DNA of 51,854 bases from Eubacteriales bacterium (GTDB lineage Bacteria; Bacillota; Clostridia; Oscillospirales; QAKW01): NCBI GenBank assembly GCA_045538295.1, contig JAZSRD010000034.1, forward strand, positions 1-51,854, written 5' to 3'. Both the position numbers and the translations under genes were made by a program. Under the pieces are notes generated by a model that was not told the DNA's origin, did no database searches, and was given only the letters and a program-made list of their open reading frames with translations. Positions 45,970-51,854 of the stretch are shown here, one piece after another. The number at the start of each line of letters is the position of its first letter. Positions within the stretch are counted from its first letter, which is position 1.

Positions 45970-46929
45970 ATGGAAAAATTGCAAAACGTAGCAAAAGAGC
46001 AGGAGATCTGCCAAAAGATCACTGCCGAAATGAAGAAAGTTATCGTGGGTAAGGATGAGCAACTTCGGCTGTTGCTGATCTGCCTGCTTTCCAAGGGGCA
46101 TATTTTGATTGAGGACGTACCCGGCGTGGGTAAGACCACTGCCGCCTCTGCCATGGCAAAGGCCTCCGGTCTGGATGCCAAAAGAGTGCAGTTTACCCCC
46201 GACGTTATGGCTACTGATATTTCCGGTTTCACCGCACCGGACGGTAAGACCGGTGAGTTTATTTATAAACCCGGCGTTTGTATGACCAATATTTTGATCG
46301 CCGACGAGATCAACCGTACCTCCCCCAAGACCCAATCTGCTTTGCTGGAGGTTATGGAGGAGCGGCAGGTAACGGTAGACGGTGTAACCTATCCGCTGCC
46401 GGAGCCTTTTATGGTAGTGGCGACCCAGAACCCCTTGGGCTATGTGGGTACCTACCCTCTGCCGGAGGCACAGCTGGACCGTTTTCTTATGAAGATGTCT
46501 ATGGGCTATCCCGCTGCCGAAGAAGAAACCCGCATTATCGGGGAGCGCCATGGCGGCAATCCCATGGAGGCGGTAGAGGCTGTATCCAACGCCGAAGAGA
46601 TCATTGCCATGCAAAAGACCGTGGAGCAGATCTATGTGGATCCCGCTATTTTGGATTATATTGTAAAATTGGTTTGCGCCACCCGTGAAAATAAGCTGGT
46701 TTCTCTGGCGGCTTCTCCCCGTGCATCTTTGGCATTGATGCGTGCCGCTTGCGCCGCCGCATTGTTGGATGGCCGCACTTATGTGATTCCCCGGGATGTT
46801 AGTGAGATGTACGAGGCGATCGTTTCTCATCGTATTGCTCTGGCACCCGAGGCGAAGATCGAACGCATGACAAATATTCAGTTGCTGGAAACGTTAAAAG
46901 AGGCCGTTAAGGCTCCCATTGTGAAATAA
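45970..46929 (+). CDS. MoxR family AAA+ ATPase
   Basis: EDVPGVGKT, RVQFTPD, ADEINR, ATQNP, LPEAQLDRF. Confidence 0.95.
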   Translation: MEKLQNVAKEQEICQKITAEMKKVIVGKDEQLRLLLICLLSKGHILIEDVPGVGKTTAASAMAKASGLDAKRVQFTPDVMATDISGFTAPDGKTGEFIYKPGVCMTNILIADEINRTSPKTQSALLEVMEERQVTVDGVTYPLPEPFMVVATQNPLGYVGTYPLPEAQLDRFLMKMSMGYPAAEEETRIIGERHGGNPMEAVEAVSNAEEIIAMQKTVEQIYVDPAILDYIVKLVCATRENKLVSLAASPRASLALMRAACAAALLDGRTYVIPRDVSEMYEAIVSHRIALAPEAKIERMTNIQLLETLKEAVKAPIVK

Positions 46930-46934
46930 ACGCC

Positions 46935-48086
46935 ATGATACTTTCACGTTTAATTTATCTTGCGCTGTTGATCACAGCCTTTATATTTTCCCAAGCACTT
47001 TATGATTCCATTTCTCTGTTTACCCTTGCAGTGGTGTTGCTGATCCCTTTGATCTCGTTGCTTTGTTTGCTGATCAGCCTGGCGTTGGTCAAGGTGGAGG
47101 TAGAGGCGGTACCCGAGCAGGAGAGCCGACTGAAGGAGTTTTGTATCCGCCTGAAGATCCACAGTAAAACACCGGTAATGCTGCCGATGATGAAGTTTCT
47201 GCTGCGGATCAATGGCCCGGAGGGGGATCGGGATGTTCCCGGGTATACTTTTGTGCATTATAAAGCCTTTGGCACCACCTATGTGGATATTCCGCTGAAA
47301 TTTCAGGTGCGGGGGTTGTATAAGATCGGGGCATATCATGTGGTGTTTTATGATTTTCTCCGCCTGTTCAGCATTAAAAAACGCCTTTCAAAGGGAAATG
47401 TTGTAGCGATCAAGCCCCGGGACCTTCGGTTGGAACTGCCGGTAAAGGCCTCCCGCCAGGAGCAGGAAAATACCGTAAGCGTAGGTGGCCGTGAAACCAA
47501 GTACAACGGCGACATGGCGGGAATTCGGGAATTCAACGAATACGATACCCTGCGGCAGGTGCACTGGAAACTTTCTGCCCGCCTATCTAAAATGATCGTA
47601 AAAACCTATTGGGAGAATTCCTGCGATAATATTATGGTATTGGCAGATCTGTTTCCCTATGAGGAGGATCGCCTCACCAACCGCCACTTGACCGACTGTG
47701 TGGTGGAGATCGCCTTGGAACTTACCGGAAAACTGGCAGAGGAGGGGGTACGCAGTACCCTGGGCTATGCCACTTACGAAAATATGCTCCATCTGCAGAG
47801 CATCTCCTCCCCGGAGGAGCATGCCCTGGCAACGGATGAAATTGCCATGACCCCCATGATGGAGGGCGGCTCTTTGGAGGAATCCTTGGCTGCCTTTGAT
47901 TTTACTTCTTTGCAAGGCGGGGCTTTCTATTTGATTTCCTCCATGCCTACGGATCGGCTGGAAAAATGCCTGGAACCCTTTTTAAAAGGAATTAACTGCG
48001 AGCGGCAGTTTTTGGTGGTGCGTCCCCAGGAGGAACCCGAACGGGGCGCCCAAATGAAAGTGTTGACCTTAGATTGGATCGAGTAA
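46935..48086 (+). CDS. DUF58 domain protein
   Basis: IREFNEYDTLRQVHWKLSAR motif, N-terminal TMs, follows moxR. Confidence 0.85.
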   Translation: MILSRLIYLALLITAFIFSQALYDSISLFTLAVVLLIPLISLLCLLISLALVKVEVEAVPEQESRLKEFCIRLKIHSKTPVMLPMMKFLLRINGPEGDRDVPGYTFVHYKAFGTTYVDIPLKFQVRGLYKIGAYHVVFYDFLRLFSIKKRLSKGNVVAIKPRDLRLELPVKASRQEQENTVSVGGRETKYNGDMAGIREFNEYDTLRQVHWKLSARLSKMIVKTYWENSCDNIMVLADLFPYEEDRLTNRHLTDCVVEIALELTGKLAEEGVRSTLGYATYENMLHLQSISSPEEHALATDEIAMTPMMEGGSLEESLAAFDFTSLQGGAFYLISSMPTDRLEKCLEPFLKGINCERQFLVVRPQEEPERGAQMKVLTLDWIE

Positions 48087-48104
48087 TTCTTACGGAGATG
48101 AAAA

Positions 48105-50753
48105 ATGAAGAAAATATTTAATAAACGTCCCCGGTCAATTTGGGTCACACCCCGGGTAGAGGTGGAACAAACCGGCCAAAAGTGGGGCATATGGATGGAG
48201 ATCTTGCTGTTGTATGCAGGCTTGGCGGGCTATATCTTTTGTAACAGTACCGCCCTGCATATGGGGATCTCTGCCGTGGCATTGCTGCTGATCACTGCTT
48301 TGGCATTTGCTTTGATGATCGCCATTGTTTGGTATAAGCGGGTGTTCTTCGGGCTGCTGGGCGGGATCGCCGGGCTATCATTGCTCGCTTATAAGGTGAG
48401 CTTCCCTATGTATGCTTACCTTTGGCGCGCCATCGAGGTGTGCTACAACTATACCGTTTATCTGTTGGGATCCCAGGAAAACTATTCCAGTTATCTCAAC
48501 TACATGACCATGGATCTGGATGGGATCTTGGAAAACTCCGTTTTGTTAACACGGTATTTTTATACAGCTATCATCTTGCTCTCTTTATTTGCTGCACTGT
48601 TTTTTGCATTGGCACTGTTTCGCCGTATTCCGGTGATCGTATCCTTTTTGGTACCTATGGCGGCGCTGGTTCCCTTTTTCTTTTTTGGGATCGTGCCCCA
48701 TTACATTGCTTTTAGCGTGTTTCTTTCCGCTTTGATCGGTTGTTACGGTCAAAGTGTGGTTCAGTATATGAGCAGTCGCAAAAAACGCAAAGCAAAGGGT
48801 GAGAAAAAGAAAAAAATCAAGGAACCCCTTACCACCTTCAAACGGTTGGAATTTGCCGCCAGTCACGGAAACTTCGGCGTGATCATCGCCGGGGTGATGC
48901 TGGCGATAACCATTGGCACCGGTGCCTTTATCTACACCCGCCCCATTTTACAAATGGATCAGGTGCGGGAAACCATTGATACATTGGGTAATACGGCACT
49001 GAATTTTGTTTTTCAAAGCACCTTTGAAAAACAGTTGAATGTGGCGGGAAGTATGGAGGACGATGATGTTCTTTCTATGCAGGTGCCTGTGTGGCGTCGG
49101 CTGAGCGTTTGTACCGTTTATAACCGCACCGATGCCCCGGTTTATCTGCGCTACCGCACCATGGTAAACCTAACGGAGGACGGCTGGACCCTGCCCGACG
49201 AAGATTTTTATAACGATCTGGACGGCACCGTGGATTCGGATTTTTATGAGTATAATCAATACTATGAATATCTGAAACTTACTGCCCCCAGCGGGGATCC
49301 GCTTTCAGCGGGTCTGGATAATATTGATAGTGAAGAGCAGGGCTATCTTACCGATCAGGTTACGGTGTATCCCCGGTATCAAACGAGTGATATTTTGGGG
49401 CTGCCCCAGGGGGTTACCAGCCAAACGCCCGTTAGCAATTACCAGGAGTTTACACGGAAGGGAGATACCCTTTTGTACCGTGCCGATGATCCCCGGGATA
49501 AATCTTATTCCTTCCGGGTGGTAACGCCGGTGCTTACCAGTAATTTGTATCTGGCCGCGTTTAACAAAACCCAGGATCAGTATATTACTTTGCGGGATAT
49601 AAGCGGAGATAATGATCCCTATATGAGCCGGGAATCTGCCTACAGCGAATTTGTATTCCGCCATTATCTGACCCTGCCGGATGAAGTTTTTCAATCGGTT
49701 TTCGGGTTGGCATATCAAGTTTCCGGCCCCTATACCAATAAATTGGAAAAGGTGCAGGCAATAGAGCGGTATTTCCGTGATAATTATAAATATTCCGCTG
49801 TGCGTAAACGGCTGAGCCGGGAAGACGGTACCCCTGCCAATGCTTACGATTACATCAACTATTTCTTGTATCAAAACGAGGAAAAGGAAGGCTATTGTAC
49901 GCTGTTTGCCAGCTCCATGGTGGCAATGGTGCGGGCTCTGGGTTACCCTGCCCGTGTGGCTACCGGTTACTATGCCGATACCAACATTGTTGAAGCAACC
50001 AATTATGTTGCTTTGGTGGAAGACAGCGATTTCCACTCTTGGGTAGAGGTGTACTTTGAAGGCCTGGGTTGGCTGGCATTTGAGCCTACCCCCGATTTTG
50101 GCGAAAAGCCCAATTATTACTTGCTGAAAGCCATTGATGCCGGCGAGGAGATCGAAGAGCCGGCGGTGGAGATCGAGTATATTCCTCCCGATAATTTTGT
50201 AAAGTATTCCAACGAATTGCCCGATCCTACCATAGAAAAAGAAGACGAAGATCCCTTGACCGATGCCATTGCCGATATGTTACAGGTAAAAACCCTCTCT
50301 TCAGCCGCAAAATGGATCATTCGGATCGTATTTATACTGCTGGTATTGGTGGGGTTGTTTGGGCTGATAGAACTTTATCATCGTTTCCTCCTGCGCAGAA
50401 TGCTGCGCTTGCCCACCAACGCAGGGGTACGCTATGCCTATTACCTGACGCTGCGGCTGATGCAGATGCAGGGCTTTAAGTTCTTCGAGGGAGAAATGCT
50501 GGAAGAGTTTGCCCGCCGGGCAGATAATTTGAAACTGGCACCCATCGCCTTGAGTTCTGTAATGCCCATTATGCAAAAGGCACGTTTCTCCGATCTGGCG
50601 CTTACTGAAGAAGAACGAAATGCGGTGGCAGAGTATGTATATGCGCTGGATAAAGCCGCATTCCGCCGTGCGAACCTGTTCCGGGCGTTCTGGTATCGTA
50701 TTACACTATGGTGGAAACCGAAATATAAAGCAATGATTTGGAAATTTAAATGA
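48105..50753 (+). CDS. Multi-TM transglutaminase-like protein (TgpA type)
   Basis: GYCTLFAS, PARVATGY, HSWVEVYFEGLGWLAFEPTP; several N-terminal TMs. Confidence 0.88.
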   Translation: MKKIFNKRPRSIWVTPRVEVEQTGQKWGIWMEILLLYAGLAGYIFCNSTALHMGISAVALLLITALAFALMIAIVWYKRVFFGLLGGIAGLSLLAYKVSFPMYAYLWRAIEVCYNYTVYLLGSQENYSSYLNYMTMDLDGILENSVLLTRYFYTAIILLSLFAALFFALALFRRIPVIVSFLVPMAALVPFFFFGIVPHYIAFSVFLSALIGCYGQSVVQYMSSRKKRKAKGEKKKKIKEPLTTFKRLEFAASHGNFGVIIAGVMLAITIGTGAFIYTRPILQMDQVRETIDTLGNTALNFVFQSTFEKQLNVAGSMEDDDVLSMQVPVWRRLSVCTVYNRTDAPVYLRYRTMVNLTEDGWTLPDEDFYNDLDGTVDSDFYEYNQYYEYLKLTAPSGDPLSAGLDNIDSEEQGYLTDQVTVYPRYQTSDILGLPQGVTSQTPVSNYQEFTRKGDTLLYRADDPRDKSYSFRVVTPVLTSNLYLAAFNKTQDQYITLRDISGDNDPYMSRESAYSEFVFRHYLTLPDEVFQSVFGLAYQVSGPYTNKLEKVQAIERYFRDNYKYSAVRKRLSREDGTPANAYDYINYFLYQNEEKEGYCTLFASSMVAMVRALGYPARVATGYYADTNIVEATNYVALVEDSDFHSWVEVYFEGLGWLAFEPTPDFGEKPNYYLLKAIDAGEEIEEPAVEIEYIPPDNFVKYSNELPDPTIEKEDEDPLTDAIADMLQVKTLSSAAKWIIRIVFILLVLVGLFGLIELYHRFLLRRMLRLPTNAGVRYAYYLTLRLMQMQGFKFFEGEMLEEFARRADNLKLAPIALSSVMPIMQKARFSDLALTEEERNAVAEYVYALDKAAFRRANLFRAFWYRITLWWKPKYKAMIWKFK

Positions 50754-51694
50754 GAAGTTTTACTGTAACCAAAAACGACGCCGATCAGCGGTTGGATAAG
50801 TTTGTAACCAAGGTGGCAGGAAATTTAAGCACCTCCCTGATGTATAAATATCTCCGCAAAAAAGCCATTAAGGTCAACGGAAAGCGTGCCGAGGGGAGCA
50901 CCCGCCTGCAGGAGGGAGATCTGGTGGAACTTTATATCAACGATGAGTTCTTCACCGAAAAGAGTGCCGATTTCCGCACCATTGGTTACCGCCCCCAAAT
51001 ATCGGTGGTCTATGAAGATGAAAATCTGCTGTTGGTGGATAAAAAGCCCGGAGTACCGGTTCATGCCGATACCCACGGCAGCCGGGATACCCTGATCAAC
51101 CATGTGTTGCTTTATTTGTATGAAAAAGGGGAGTATGATCCCCAAAAAGAAAACTCCTTTACTCCGGCACTATGCAATCGGCTGGATCAAAATACCGGCG
51201 GGATCGTGATCGTGGCAAAAAATGCCGCCGCCGGCAGAGCCCTCTACGAGATCGTGAAATACCGCCAAGTGGAAAAGCGGTATCTCACCTTGGCACTGGG
51301 GCAATTTTCCAAAAAGCAGGCAACCCTGAAAGCCTATTTGAAAAAGGATGCCAAGGAAAACCTGGTGCGTGTGACCGCCCGCCCTCAAGAGGGATATAAG
51401 GAGATCATCACCCGCTACCGTGTGCTGCGGGAGGGGAAAGGGCTATCTCTTTTGGAGATCGAGCTTGTTACCGGCAGAACCCACCAGATCCGTGCCCATT
51501 TGGCGTATACCGGGCACCCGGTGGCAGGGGATTTGAAATACGGCACCGCTGCCGCAAACAAAGGGCTGCCCTTTAAGCATCAGGCGCTTTATGCCTATTC
51601 TTTGGAATTCAAACTGCCGGAGGATCATTTCCTTTCTTATTTAAATGGCAAGGTGTTCCAAGTTAAAAAAGTTTATTTTGAAGATTTTATCTAA
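50750..51694 (+). CDS. RluA/RluC family pseudouridine synthase with S4 domain
   Basis: QRLDKFV S4, NRLDQNTGG catalytic Asp, TGRTHQIRAH. Confidence 0.93.
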   Translation: MRSFTVTKNDADQRLDKFVTKVAGNLSTSLMYKYLRKKAIKVNGKRAEGSTRLQEGDLVELYINDEFFTEKSADFRTIGYRPQISVVYEDENLLLVDKKPGVPVHADTHGSRDTLINHVLLYLYEKGEYDPQKENSFTPALCNRLDQNTGGIVIVAKNAAAGRALYEIVKYRQVEKRYLTLALGQFSKKQATLKAYLKKDAKENLVRVTARPQEGYKEIITRYRVLREGKGLSLLEIELVTGRTHQIRAHLAYTGHPVAGDLKYGTAAANKGLPFKHQALYAYSLEFKLPEDHFLSYLNGKVFQVKKVYFEDFI

Positions 51695-51696
51695 CA

Positions 51697-51726
51697 AAAA
51701 AACCGCTTCTTTCGAAGCGGTTTTTT
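51697..51726. terminator. Intrinsic terminator
   Basis: AAAAAACCGCTTC-tttc-GAAGCGGTTTTTT. Confidence 0.88.
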
Positions 51727-51821
51727 ATTTTTTTCACCGAAGAATTTTTGAGGGCGTAGATTGAATTAAGGGAAGTGGAAATGGAAATAATAATATTACT
51801 AAACGGAAAGGACGCAAAGGA

Positions 51822-51854
51822 ATGATTAAACGTGGTGATATTTATTATGCAGAT
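51822..51854 (+). CDS. N-terminus of a MazF/PemK (NdoA/EndoA-like) endoribonuclease, truncated by window end
   Basis: MIKRGDIYYAD matches the characteristic Firmicute MazF N-terminus; only 11 codons visible. Confidence 0.7.
   Translation, partial: MIKRGDIYYAD

Noticed and set aside
1-51854. tRNA, rRNA, prophage, integrase or defence-island genes
   Set aside because: No spacer shows tRNA/rRNA signatures and no ORF carries such motifs, apart from the truncated MazF-like start

Overview
Mostly core chromosome from a Clostridia-type Firmicute (gene content, sigma-A promoters and GGAGG RBS; roughly 50% GC in genes, AT-rich spacers). Order: partial CDS, SGNH hydrolase, rimP-nusA-ylxR-ylxQ-infB-rbfA-DHH-truB-ribF operon extended by two unknown lipoproteins and an AraC regulator, ADP-ribosylglycohydrolase, XRE regulator, OPT transporter plus stand-alone PqqD/RRE protein, NrdR-boxed nrdG-SGNH-nrdD(+Grx domain)-trxB operon, a non-autonomous MITE-like insertion that duplicated a 36-bp terminator, yigZ, OmpR/HK/HtrA, PfoR-like membrane protein, a reduced dcw cluster (mraZ to ftsZ, no murD/murC/ftsA), Zn-ribbon membrane protein, thrC, MarR plus heterodimeric ABC exporter, MoxR-DUF58-transglutaminase, RluA, and the start of an apparently orphan MazF/NdoA toxin. 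No rRNA, tRNA, CRISPR, prophage or transposase was seen. Best candidates for under-described biology: the OPT+RRE pair, the redoxin-fused class III RNR module, the structured terminator-targeting MITE, and the triple-repeat lipoprotein. All family calls come from motif recognition by eye; no database searches were run.
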